Source: Stramenopiles sp. TOSAG23-6
Lineage: Eukaryota
Reading direction: 5' to 3'
Length of the DNA stretch: 32,840 nt
Assembly: GCA_900128565.1 (NCBI GenBank)
Contig: LT635957.1
Location: 1-32,840 of the forward strand
Positions 18,401 to 27,300 of this stretch are shown here, one piece after another; the first letter of the stretch is position 1, and the number at the start of each line of letters is the position of its first letter. The notes under the pieces are model-generated. The model ran no database searches, had not been told where the DNA came from, and was given only the letters and a program-made list of their open reading frames with translations. Made by a program: the position numbers and the translations under genes.

Positions 18401-21400
18401 TTCGATAAATTAATATTTTTCAAGAAAAGAACTAGTCTTTCACAGTCACGGGGGCGTAATACTCTACCGGTGTTTGTAGAGAATACACCACACGATGATC
18501 GTAGTTTTTGAATGACATGCTCAGCAGTTGTGCGTGCATTACAATGCAATGTACAAATATTTGTATTTTTGTGACTTCCCAACACTTCTTCTATCAATGC
18601 AGATTTACCGGAACCTTCAGGCCCGACAATTATAAAAGGTTTCATATTCTCTGCCCAAGTTCCTACCATTGTGACATTTCTTTGGTATGCGGCTGTCGGT
18701 ATTACAATGCCTCTACGAAGAGTCTTTGGATCGAGTGATATGTGGGGAGCATGTGATATGTACTGTATCAGTTTATGTGTTTTAGAATCCCAGACACTAT
18801 TTAAGGGATCTTCTGGATCAGGAGGACGCTCATTGGCCCAACTAAATAATTGTGTTGCTAGATTTGCACGATCTTCTGTTACGAGATTTCCACCTAAACC
18901 TCGAATAATTGCGCGAATAAATTGGGCAAGTTCCGTAACATTTTCTAAATGAGAAAGTCCATTATTTACCGTACCAACCATTGTAGTATCAACGACAAAT
19001 CTATCAAGGTCTAGGACCCATTTTAATGCACGATAAAAGTAATCATCAATCCAGCTAACCATAGCCAATTGATTGGCGCTTGGTAAAGTAGAAAGCCATT
19101 TTCTAACTAACCTCTTTACGTCTACATCTTCATCGGATAGAAATATCATACCCATCCTAGATATTGTTGCTGGTGATGCGAATTGTAAGTCATGTGTCTC
19201 AAAAAGAAAATTGACATTCGGTCCAAAATTTATTCTTTCCCCACTTGGAAGAGTTAGCAAATGATTGTCATCCAATACAGAATTTAAAGACTCAATCCAT
19301 TCAGGATCAACGTCACCATCACAAATAATCCAACTTCGAACATTCGAAGGTTCTTTGACTACCTGCTTCGCAGCTGATGTAAGTACGCCATCAAACCACT
19401 CTCTCGTATCTAAATCCATATGTCCCAGTAATAGTTCTCTGGGCATCGATTTCGGATTCATCACATATGTTTTTAGTTCCTGACCACATTTTATCATTGC
19501 TTCTTTCAGTACCCGCCAAACTGTACTTTTACCACACCCAGAGGGCCCGACAATGACACAACCCATTCGCTGATCTAATGACTCTTTCAATTGTAACATT
19601 TTACTTAATTGCCCCTCATCAAATTCCAATGAACCTCCAAAGGCACCATCGTTCTGCTCCATTACAGCTCGTATTGCATCCTCAAGTTTCGGTACGGCAA
19701 TGTCTTCAACCTTGGCGTTTGGAAAAATATCGCTACATAACCCAACGAACCGACTCGCATCTTGGTAAGTTAATTTAGATAAAGTATTCACCCGAACAGA
19801 TTTGATAAGAATTTCTTCTTCTGCTGTTTCTGTGATTGTAGTCTCGCCCGATTCTGCTTTCAAGTTCTGAATAAGTTTTCCACCTGTGACTAAAATAGAT
19901 TTTAGAGCGCGAAGTCCCCAATCATAATGTTGTTGAGGGCTTAACAGTTCTTTACTCAGACCAAACAAACTACATATCTTCTTGCCCAATTCTTTTGCAT
20001 GTTTGAAACCTTCGGAGTATAAGATCACATTTGCAATAAGCTCATTATCTGGTCTCGACATTGCAACTGGTCTGAAAAGTTGCTTCAAATTATCGGGAAG
20101 TTTTGACCTTCCCCCATATCCTTTTTTAGGTGGGTTTAAAGTAACAAATATACCTGCATTGGAATCCACTTGAATATTTCGTCCAAGCAAAGACATTCTT
20201 TCATCCTTATTTTTGATTGCAGCTTGAATTAATTGAATCTGTTGTGACACAGCAGATAACTGATCTTCTTTTAATCTATTAAATTCGTCGAAACAACCCC
20301 AAGCTCCACATTTAACCAAACCGGTAAAAATACGACCCATCGATTGAAAATCAATCCCCTCGTCGCAATTGAATACTAAAACTTGTCTACCTAGAGCCGC
20401 ACCTAATGCTTTTACAGATTCTGTTTTCCCTGTACCAGCAGGCCCATAAGGATTACCCCCGTAACCTTGATGCATCCCTTGAGTGAGTGTCAAGTAACAC
20501 TTGTCTGTTAAAGGTGTATGTACTAATTTCGATGCATTACCTTGATACTCATATGTATAATTAAATTGAGCATTGCTCATTTTCGCAATACATAAGTCTC
20601 TTTTGTTCATATAGAAGCGCAATTGTTTCTGCCATGACCATGTATTTATCGACGGACAGCCATTTTGTATTAAGTAATCAACAACGTCCATATTATGAAT
20701 CAAATCTAACACCATCGCCTTAACTTTAATGCGAATTAGAGGCTTTCCGGTGAGGTCATAGCTTGTGTAGGTTTGTAGTGTTTCTGCCAATTGAGTTTTT
20801 AGTGATGCTAAATTTCCATTATGTATGGCAGCTTCTGTTCTCAAGGTGAAATTAACTATTTCAGAGAGACAAAGAACTTGCGATGCAAATCGAGTCATAT
20901 CAAGTGATTTCATAGCTAAACAATCTACAAGTTGCGTCTGCAGAGCATTTTTACTCTCCTCTTGTAGTACAATCAACCATTCCTCTGTTTCTTCAGAAAC
21001 CGGGACTGGGTCAGGCAGTTGAACAACTTCTCCCTTACCTGACTTTATTGCAATGATTTTTGAATTGTCCTCATTAAACTCAACAGTTTGAACACCTTGG
21101 AATAGCTTCTTTAAATGAGCCTGTATAACAGTTGGATTTTTAGCTTGACCAAGAATTTCTAATAAATCTTCATCGCCAATAAAATAAAATCTTGGCATTT
21201 TTTCACGTTTTTGTTCCAAGAAATCCGCCAGTGCTTTTGTACATCTTTCGAGCTGTTCGAGTAAAGCTTCAACATTCGATAATAAATTTGGGTGTACAGA
21301 AGAATCACACAATGTTAAAACTCGTTTATCGTCTTCAACTTTCGACATTATATCACGAAATTCGTCGTCAATTCTTTGAAATCTTTGATGTTCATGAGGC

Positions 21401-24400
21401 AAAGCACCACGTCCAAAGATTGGTTCTAAATAAAGCCATTTTCGTTGAATTAAGTTAAGATTATGTAAAATTTGATCTAAATCTGAGAAATTCTTCTCGA
21501 ATACAGATGCTTCTGCGGCAAATGCACGAAAGTATGGCGAATCTTTGAGTGATCCAAGTAGCGATTGATTGTCTCCTAAAGCAGTGAAAAGATCTTTCCA
21601 TTCAGTCAGGAGCATTGTCGTTCTACCCAGCTCTGTGTGTTCAAACAGAACAAGCTCAGCCGAGGCACACCAGTCTTTCAGCTCTACCATAGCCTCGCGG
21701 ATACGAACTTCGCCAGTAGCTCGGGCAGTAAGGTCTCGGCAAAATTTGTCACTTTTTGCAACAGCTTCTAATCGATCCAGAAAGTGCCCTGCATTGAGAT
21801 TCTCAAGTCTAGTGCCCTTTGGGATTCCAAGTTGACGAAACAAAGAAGCCCAATGAACTTCATTAAATGGTACATCACCTTTACAGAATTTAAGTGCAGG
21901 TAACGCAGACTTTAAAATGCCAAGCACTTCCTTCAAATGTATAGAAACAACATCTTTTTTTGTTTTGACTTTAGGTAACCAGTTTTGTACAAAATCAGAT
22001 AATTCGTAAATCCTTGTACGAAAATTAATCCAATCTTGGACACGAAATGCTTCCCATTCTTCTAGATATTTTTGCATTAAACTCCAACTCTCCTGGGTTT
22101 CTTGCATATCAGCCTGTAATTCTGTTAATGTTGGAAATTTTGGCACAGGCATATCAAAATGTACACAATTATTTTTCAGTGTATTTACTTCTTTAACTTT
22201 TTCTTCCATTTGTTCTTGCCAATCTTCAAGAGAATCAAATATACCTTGAATTGTTTCTGGATTCCAATTATTGACTTCTCCCTGAGGCTTAAGTGCATGC
22301 CATCGTAAAGCTAATTTCTCAACTGATTCATTAGCTTCTTTTATGCGCATGTCAATTTCTCCTTTTAACGTTTCACGTTGTTCCTCCACCAAGTCATTAA
22401 AAGCCTCCATAGCAACTTCAAAATTTTCCCATCTGGAAGGAAGCCTTCCGAGACGAACACGAACCTCTTCAACATCAACTCGATTACCAGCGACACTAAT
22501 GAGTAATTTTCTTCTTTCATCCGCTCGCCTCATTTCCATCTTTATTGACTTCTTTGAACCAGATAATTCTCCCCATGCCTTTTGTGCAAGACCTATTTCT
22601 TCTATAGATGTAGGTCTGGAGTTGAGTTGTTGCATGCCATTATCAAGGAACTCCTCAACTGTTGAAACCATCCGCAGTACAGATCTTTTCAGGGAAAGCA
22701 GAAGAGCATCACTCATTCGTTGTATATGATCTTCTACAGCTGATTTAAATGGCGCTGCACTTACATTAATACAATCCAGCTTGTAAAATTCTGGTAGCTT
22801 TTCGCTTTGTTTTAATCTTTTTTTTAACATTGCAAAATTAACTTGATACTCAGCCGCAGAGCTTACGTTTTCTTCGACATATTCGTCCATATCCGGAACA
22901 GTGCCCAATGCCACCCATAACTCTAAACCTTGTTTCAATTCCTTCAAACGCCGAAAAAGATCTTCTGCCTTTTTATATACCTGTATTAGACTTTCAGCAT
23001 TTTCTTTTTCGATACTTTTATAGACTGCTTTATTACCAAAACCATCAAAAGCAACGGGTATAGCTAAAAACCGACGCAATTCACGAAAATATTGTGTACG
23101 TATATCTTCTATCGCAGGACGGAATTCTAGACGTCGCTGAGTGAAACATAATTCAACCTTAATTTCCAACATATTTTCATTCAAAGATTCAAGACCCATA
23201 CAATATCCAGCTTCGAGTGCTTTACACAATTGATGATCCCAATGTAACTTCCAATTTGCCATCCTTTCTGTAGGATATTTTCGAGTTAAATCAGAGACCT
23301 TATCTCGCATATCGAACCATTTACTTTTCCATTGATCTCTTTGGCGCAGTAAATCGATATTCATTAACTCCGCAGTTTGCACTGCCAACTGCATATGTAT
23401 TTTACGCAAACTTCTATTTTCCTCAGACAGTGCATTTGCAGATAGTTGTAAATGCTCCACAAAGTCTTGACATTCTCGAGGGTTATTCCAAGTAACAGCC
23501 TTTTTTGCCCCTCGCTTGTTTCCTCGATGTAACTGGTTTTCAAAACGCTTCAATGCATCTAGCAGCATAGGCTTCTGTGTGACGACAATTTGATTTCCCA
23601 TTGAGTTGTAAAAGTTAGCTATCTTTTTGAGCATTACTCCATATCGGTAATATTTCTCACCATCACTTGCAACGCCTTTGATTCTCGAATTCACTTGGTG
23701 ACCAAGATCTTCAAGTTGTCTAACTTCCCTCAAAAGTCGCACAAGCTTTTCCGAATAATTTACAATGAGCTCTCCATCGACATCAATTTCCATTAATTGG
23801 CCCGAAACTTCCAACGAAAGCTCGCCATCATCAAGTAGGTATTCCGTAGCATCTACCCAATTTTGAAATTCGTTTCGACGCCAAGTACGCAATTTTTCCA
23901 TGAGTTCTTGAATCATTCCCTTGAAATCGTCGTATAAAGAGAGATCTGACAGAATATGTCTAGACCGAGTAAGTAGTCCTCTCATTCGAGCTTCACATTG
24001 TTTGGCCCATACTATATTATTTGTGACTATCGGAAGGTTACGACCTAATGGAGCACCTGACGATACATTAGCAGAAGATTTACTCTCTCTTTGGTGCATC
24101 GCACGAGATTGGTCTTTGACAGACTCGTAATCTTGGTCGCACTGTTCAACATATGCTGATAACTGAGCGAGTAAGGTTTCTCTCTCTCCATGTAGAGCCT
24201 TTGCAATTGTACGCCGCCCAAGAAGTTGCCGATAGCGAAGAAATTCTCTGAGCAACTGCTGCGGATGTTCGGACATCCCTGAAATTTGTTTCCTTAGATT
24301 AGAAGCGATATGTTGCTCAATGGGTGCTAGCTGACGATCATGCATAGCAACTGCATCTTCCCAGCGAGATTTTGTATATGGATTATAGTGCAAAGGACGT

Positions 24401-25569
24401 AGATCCGAAGCATTAAATGGATCAAATGCAGAAGCAACATTGAGTTCACGCTGTTCTTGTATTGATAATAAACGTAACAATTCTTCGTGTGTTGTGCGAA
24501 CTTTTAGTATACTTTCTAATCTCTCGGATAAATTTTTTATGTGCTGCTCTTCATAAGCAGCACCTTCCCAAGGATGCTCCTCACAGGATGGCCAGAAAGA
24601 CCCACTTAGATCTGCAGTCACAAGTGACCATCTTTCACAAACAAGAATAGCTTCCTGTAGACGACTCGCAACTTCCGCATATGCACCCTGCCATATATCA
24701 GTTGAACCGAGATAACTGGAAACATATCGAGCCAATGCACTGGCAATCACAGAAAATATATGTTTCATGCGATGTTGAGGATACTGAGATGACTGCCGAA
24801 CATCTGCTTTCCAAATATCATCGAGACAGTTTTGTGTGTCATCCACTAATTCTAAAATATCAGGCAAAGTCATTGTTAAATTATCACCCATTTCGTCTAC
24901 CTTACTTATACGTTGGAACCGACTTGAAATTCCCGAGAATATTTCTGAAAACTTTTGAGCTGACTCACCATTCGTACGATTATTGGCTAGCATTTTCCAA
25001 ACGTCGAACTCGTCAGATGGAACGAGGATAGAAGCCATAGCTTTTTTGTCGTGAATATCAGCTAACTCTGACGAACCTCTTCGTACTAATGAACCTAAAC
25101 CCGAATCCATAACAGCTAATAACTTTTGCATCTTTGGTGCCATTTTTGTTGACCAAGATTTATCACGTAAAAGCATTGGTGCATAGACCCGATGAGTTGC
25201 ATTATATAATGCATGTATTGGAGAATCTAACATAGAACTAACCATGATAACTTGTGCAAAGTTGTCGTCCGTAATAGGAGTAGGTCTTAACTTTACAAAA
25301 AGTACCTGGGAACAACGGAAATCTTTGCCGTCCCATACTGTATCGCTACGCATTTTATTCGATAAAACAATTTCCGGTGTTGAGTTGTTTTTTGTTGGTA
25401 TTGAGCATATTACTTGCAAAAGAGAGCAATTTTCATTCTCTAGAAATGTTGTCACTGCTTTAGACGATTCGATACAATCTCGTACTTTACTAGAGGTTTT
25501 AGAATCATCCAAGTATCCAAGCAGTGTACTCGCAGAAGTAATTATAAACTTTCGTCGACTGTCACTCAT
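12421..25569 (-). CDS. DYNC2H1: Cytoplasmic dynein-2 heavy chain (retrograde IFT dynein), 4382 aa, intronless
   Basis: P-loops GPAGTGKT, GPSGCGKS, GPEGSGKS and degenerate GRSGCGRK; WGCFDEFNR; QQHYDWGLRALK; stalk coiled coil. Features I recognise as dynein-2-like: LHWDHQL.KALE, SRPDNELIA, IQHEKPELE. Confidence 0.95.
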   Translation of the reverse strand: MSDSRRKFIITSASTLLGYLDDSKTSSKVRDCIESSKAVTTFLENENCSLLQVICSIPTKNNSTPEIVLSNKMRSDTVWDGKDFRCSQVLFVKLRPTPITDDNFAQVIMVSSMLDSPIHALYNATHRVYAPMLLRDKSWSTKMAPKMQKLLAVMDSGLGSLVRRGSSELADIHDKKAMASILVPSDEFDVWKMLANNRTNGESAQKFSEIFSGISSRFQRISKVDEMGDNLTMTLPDILELVDDTQNCLDDIWKADVRQSSQYPQHRMKHIFSVIASALARYVSSYLGSTDIWQGAYAEVASRLQEAILVCERWSLVTADLSGSFWPSCEEHPWEGAAYEEQHIKNLSERLESILKVRTTHEELLRLLSIQEQRELNVASAFDPFNASDLRPLHYNPYTKSRWEDAVAMHDRQLAPIEQHIASNLRKQISGMSEHPQQLLREFLRYRQLLGRRTIAKALHGERETLLAQLSAYVEQCDQDYESVKDQSRAMHQRESKSSANVSSGAPLGRNLPIVTNNIVWAKQCEARMRGLLTRSRHILSDLSLYDDFKGMIQELMEKLRTWRRNEFQNWVDATEYLLDDGELSLEVSGQLMEIDVDGELIVNYSEKLVRLLREVRQLEDLGHQVNSRIKGVASDGEKYYRYGVMLKKIANFYNSMGNQIVVTQKPMLLDALKRFENQLHRGNKRGAKKAVTWNNPRECQDFVEHLQLSANALSEENRSLRKIHMQLAVQTAELMNIDLLRQRDQWKSKWFDMRDKVSDLTRKYPTERMANWKLHWDHQLCKALEAGYCMGLESLNENMLEIKVELCFTQRRLEFRPAIEDIRTQYFRELRRFLAIPVAFDGFGNKAVYKSIEKENAESLIQVYKKAEDLFRRLKELKQGLELWVALGTVPDMDEYVEENVSSAAEYQVNFAMLKKRLKQSEKLPEFYKLDCINVSAAPFKSAVEDHIQRMSDALLLSLKRSVLRMVSTVEEFLDNGMQQLNSRPTSIEEIGLAQKAWGELSGSKKSIKMEMRRADERRKLLISVAGNRVDVEEVRVRLGRLPSRWENFEVAMEAFNDLVEEQRETLKGEIDMRIKEANESVEKLALRWHALKPQGEVNNWNPETIQGIFDSLEDWQEQMEEKVKEVNTLKNNCVHFDMPVPKFPTLTELQADMQETQESWSLMQKYLEEWEAFRVQDWINFRTRIYELSDFVQNWLPKVKTKKDVVSIHLKEVLGILKSALPALKFCKGDVPFNEVHWASLFRQLGIPKGTRLENLNAGHFLDRLEAVAKSDKFCRDLTARATGEVRIREAMVELKDWCASAELVLFEHTELGRTTMLLTEWKDLFTALGDNQSLLGSLKDSPYFRAFAAEASVFEKNFSDLDQILHNLNLIQRKWLYLEPIFGRGALPHEHQRFQRIDDEFRDIMSKVEDDKRVLTLCDSSVHPNLLSNVEALLEQLERCTKALADFLEQKREKMPRFYFIGDEDLLEILGQAKNPTVIQAHLKKLFQGVQTVEFNEDNSKIIAIKSGKGEVVQLPDPVPVSEETEEWLIVLQEESKNALQTQLVDCLAMKSLDMTRFASQVLCLSEIVNFTLRTEAAIHNGNLASLKTQLAETLQTYTSYDLTGKPLIRIKVKAMVLDLIHNMDVVDYLIQNGCPSINTWSWQKQLRFYMNKRDLCIAKMSNAQFNYTYEYQGNASKLVHTPLTDKCYLTLTQGMHQGYGGNPYGPAGTGKTESVKALGAALGRQVLVFNCDEGIDFQSMGRIFTGLVKCGAWGCFDEFNRLKEDQLSAVSQQIQLIQAAIKNKDERMSLLGRNIQVDSNAGIFVTLNPPKKGYGGRSKLPDNLKQLFRPVAMSRPDNELIANVILYSEGFKHAKELGKKICSLFGLSKELLSPQQHYDWGLRALKSILVTGGKLIQNLKAESGETTITETAEEEILIKSVRVNTLSKLTYQDASRFVGLCSDIFPNAKVEDIAVPKLEDAIRAVMEQNDGAFGGSLEFDEGQLSKMLQLKESLDQRMGCVIVGPSGCGKSTVWRVLKEAMIKCGQELKTYVMNPKSMPRELLLGHMDLDTREWFDGVLTSAAKQVVKEPSNVRSWIICDGDVDPEWIESLNSVLDDNHLLTLPSGERINFGPNVNFLFETHDLQFASPATISRMGMIFLSDEDVDVKRLVRKWLSTLPSANQLAMVSWIDDYFYRALKWVLDLDRFVVDTTMVGTVNNGLSHLENVTELAQFIRAIIRGLGGNLVTEDRANLATQLFSWANERPPDPEDPLNSVWDSKTHKLIQYISHAPHISLDPKTLRRGIVIPTAAYQRNVTMVGTWAENMKPFIIVGPEGSGKSALIEEVLGSHKNTNICTLHCNARTTAEHVIQKLRSSCGVFSTNTGRVLRPRDCERLVLFLKNINLSKPDKYNTSMLVAFLQQLCTFQGFYDDDLEFLGLDRVVVVCSINPATTLGRHQLSSRFTAIVNIAYMEEPTPDELSYIYTIYLRAALSGVALRDADKAFKQVKNIEKLASTMVKFYEQIRAKFTVDEHRHYLLTPRDLTNWVLGLGHYDLSIESLLDVVIYEARRLMKDRLVDSSSEKKFDTILSALFRKDWSHRIDLENIFFSTLVKDSSSNGIEGKHASEGKDNGEVLSGDENKESDMTEQSFRKLIRVSESDFIDVVKRGKLLYEREEKDLTLLLFTEVLEHISRVDRVLSRPGGSLLLVGRSGCGRKTTVQLCAFMQDIRFITPFITRRYSQKSFHVDLKNVLFEGGIEGRPVVFYLEDYHFIGDYILQSVNSLLSAGEISGLYTHEELEQLLSPLKEEMNERGLDMVYKTAFDYFVQRCRDNVHIALGMDHISPEFRQRCMSNPALFTRCSIQWFGEWEYSSMLVVPKLLMPDFLEEVADSDTLVQSMVDIHKSCLLCGDDEDSENAFFRRKTDTATPRDFMSFLETYLILYENMKVDILSNANRMEGGLAKLQEASMTVDELSKNAVQQRATLAEKQQEADAAMVKITEALELASERKSEVTELQTVLSAAKSKTDKRKGLIEEELSGIQPVLDAAKKAVGQIKSENLDEIRSLKTPPDPIRHVLSAVLTLLGINDTSWLSMRNFLGKRGVKDDILNFDTARITREMRKLVGKTMKKNPNSFEKKAIRRVSIAAAPLAEWVKANIEYSVVLETVMPLQEELDKANSELKYASEKLKSNAKELKTIQNKVNRLKKEFAQKTREAEQTRSSLEKTEIVLEKAETLLGKLSGEQSRWESTVKQLRSEVQDLPYRILLAAGFVTYLAKSDENIRRQATRVWTKITGLDSFDFRSVLSSESEQLTWKAAGLPSDNLTMENSIVILNSKRTPFIIDPSSAATSWLKGHLQKSGVTVECLPSQDPRFANQVELAVRFGKTLMLMEVDGVEPMLYPLVRRDFSRQGSRLVVQIGEKTIDFNEKFVMYMVTRNPNPSIPPDAASLITVVNFTVTKSGLEGQLLGATIQHEKPELEKQKSDMLQREESFKVQLASLEKDLLKTLAESSGNLLENQDLIDSLTQTKIKSKEIMIALEESTKASEELDSQRDVYLDFARDGAQLFFLVKQLQNINHMYQFSLQSYLGLFNATLDTKVTYETIHERLKVLTPLLIQRTLFYVGRSLFKADRQMWAIHLVHGMYPNEFEENEWEFFGGYLAPDLRARGEPKGFPSWAPRERASTFRLFSDTFPELVSRLELLDSDMWSKWSRSATCERNFPKKMAQKLSAFQRLLTVQVLRPDRLQSAMDVFACELLGLSSISPTPTNVSRLHQEESSCETPILFIVTTGVDPCKDLQDYAAQTVGEDNYFEMAMGGGTQDKAIRLLQRCAERGTWLCLKNLHLVIAWLPVLEKTLNSLHSHKNFRLWLTAESHDKFPTILVQQALKCTVEAPPGVKKNLQRTYDSWNEEFVSAGSGKRSQVMFLLAFIHAIVQERRNYIPQGWSEFYEFSLGDLRAATNVIESALKSSDTSGGGRESKHGGAVHGLWNTVHGMMENALYGGRVSNIFDMRVLKAYLSFYFSDAMLSGNIEIPSIGLSIPKSSNHGEYFSFIGRLPDSDAPSLFGLPANIERSAQRANSTRIIKDLKRLKRSSGEHSAFNQDVWRAQLGPVIDTWEKTLKNSKANGSLISPRYNEGKSREGKDEGKNNFEGKSKSFEGGAFDPESPVSQFVQMELAGASSLMHIVDGDLKAVKQVLHGNALLTPAIANTARCLMNSIVPVRWDRKWEGPETPQVYMSAVAAKCEAVHHWRELINSKSLLDSPLNLADLLHPGTFLNALRQETSRVTKCPLDDLKLISAWDRSLVKGSLKVCVEGLLLQGAVFTDKVLEEANVNDLELMSAPTCYIGFVPNDTVEPYGSENTLHAPLYYNTSRERLLTELGLPIKGQREKWILAGVALFLEDC

Positions 25570-25892
25570 TGTGGTTTGCTTTACTTTGAGAGGACTACAA
25601 ACGTATTCGGGATAGAGCTAATCTCAAAAAGCCTGAGCAATATCAAGGTTAAATAAGTTCACTTTTAAAGGAAGATATACAAAGATGATGAACAAAAAGA
25701 GTTTGGCGAGCTACTACTAACCAATCTAGCCTACTTATAGTGAATATTTTAACGTAGTATTGCCTAAATGTAACTGTTGTTTTTCCGTTTCATCTCCGAA
25801 CTACGAGTCCTACGTTATTAAACGGTTGGTAGGGTACCGCTAGTTAAAGAAGGATTTCATAATCTGTAGAACGTGCGCCGCTGATACTAAAA

Positions 25893-27083
25893 ATGTCAAA
25901 TTTTTACCTGGTAGAACAAAAGTTTAAAGCTGGAAAAGCTGAGGGTTGGTGGAAAAGAATATTCGAATTAAAGAAGTCTGTCAAAGAAACGAAAAAATTT
26001 ATGGATATGGCAAAATCATTAGGCTACTTCCTTCATTCTCTCAATGCAAGCGATACTAAATCTACCATTTGGTGTTTCTGGGAAGTTAAGCCCACCAATT
26101 CAGAACACGACTTATACAAATTTATCAATGGCCCCCATGGTCTTTCATTTGGTTGCTGCTCTAGTATTTTCCATTCTATTCCTAATGATATTTTACATGG
26201 AGGTACTGTGTATAAACAATATTTCTCTAATGACAAATACGTCGAGCCTATAATCCTTAACCCGGGAGAAAATCCATCGCAGTTTTACATCGTGCGCCAT
26301 GATCTTAAAAGACACCATCAAGACACTTGTTGGGATTTTTTTTCTACTCTAGGGAAAGATTACAAGAAGTTGACGGCAACTCTTGAATCGTGGGATCTTC
26401 TTGGTTTTCACAACCACTCCTTCAACCCAATAGGACCTGAAGGTCCTTTTTTTAGCGTATGGGAAACTAAACCGGACAAAACACATAAAGATTTCGACGA
26501 TTTTCTAACGCATACTTTTTACCCACTTGGCATCACTAGTGTATTGAATCCAATTGATCACACGTTATCCGGTTTAGCGGGAAGTTTAACACCATATCCT
26601 CGTTTTTTCACCGATGCTGGAATGGAAATACGAATGTCAATTGAAAATCACTTTAAAGGCATCCAAGAATATAATATGTACCAATTGAAGCACGGATTCA
26701 ATGAGCAACGGTTTAAAAAAACATGGTCAAAGAGTACATCATTAAACGCGGAGTTTATCGGACCCAACGGGAGGGTGATAACATTTGAAGATGTCATTAA
26801 AGCTAAGAAGAAGGAAGAAGACCTTACAGAAGTTCATCAAGAGTTATTTAGCATAGAAGATATAGTTATTTTACCCGGCAAACTTTCAGCTTACGTGCGC
26901 TACGTTGAACACAGTTTGTGTAAGGTCGGAGGTGTAACCCACGACGTCCACGTAACTTGGACAGCAGTTTTGCTAAAAAGAGGTCCAGGGTTGTGGATGA
27001 TTTATGGAGGTCATAGGTCGAGAACTCATGGAGCCTTAAAACAACCACCAAAAGAAGATGATGCAAGGGTAGTATTAGTATAA
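25893..27083 (+). CDS. Hypothetical protein: two tandem ~110-aa domains plus a C-terminal NTF2/SnoaL-like (DUF3804-like) domain
   Basis: Repeat 1 FYLVEQKFK...WW...LGYFLHS...CFWEVKP...KFI parallels repeat 2 FYIVRHDLK...CW...LGFHNHS...SVWETKP...DFL. The C-terminal FIGPNGRVI...TWTAVLLK...WMI...HRS resembles NTF2-fold DUF3804 proteins, from recall only. Confidence 0.75.
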   Translation: MSNFYLVEQKFKAGKAEGWWKRIFELKKSVKETKKFMDMAKSLGYFLHSLNASDTKSTIWCFWEVKPTNSEHDLYKFINGPHGLSFGCCSSIFHSIPNDILHGGTVYKQYFSNDKYVEPIILNPGENPSQFYIVRHDLKRHHQDTCWDFFSTLGKDYKKLTATLESWDLLGFHNHSFNPIGPEGPFFSVWETKPDKTHKDFDDFLTHTFYPLGITSVLNPIDHTLSGLAGSLTPYPRFFTDAGMEIRMSIENHFKGIQEYNMYQLKHGFNEQRFKKTWSKSTSLNAEFIGPNGRVITFEDVIKAKKKEEDLTEVHQELFSIEDIVILPGKLSAYVRYVEHSLCKVGGVTHDVHVTWTAVLLKRGPGLWMIYGGHRSRTHGALKQPPKEDDARVVLV

Positions 27084-27300
27084 AAATAATGTTTACAATA
27101 CAATCAATAAATATCAATAAATATAAAGAATTATTTGAGTTCAAAACATTTTATTTAGACAAAACTATTAATAGCCAACCATTAAGTTACATATACCTCC
27201 TGGAACAGCACGGCGAAAGCTTCACACGACGTTGACATCCATTACACATTTCAATTAATTTTAACGACCCTCAGGATCTCATTGGTTGGTGGATTAAAAT

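Noticed and set aside
25759-25775. RFX X-box-like sequence upstream of dynein-2
   Set aside because: Poor match to the GTNRCC-N0-3-RGYAAC consensus, and RFX control of ciliary genes is known from animals.
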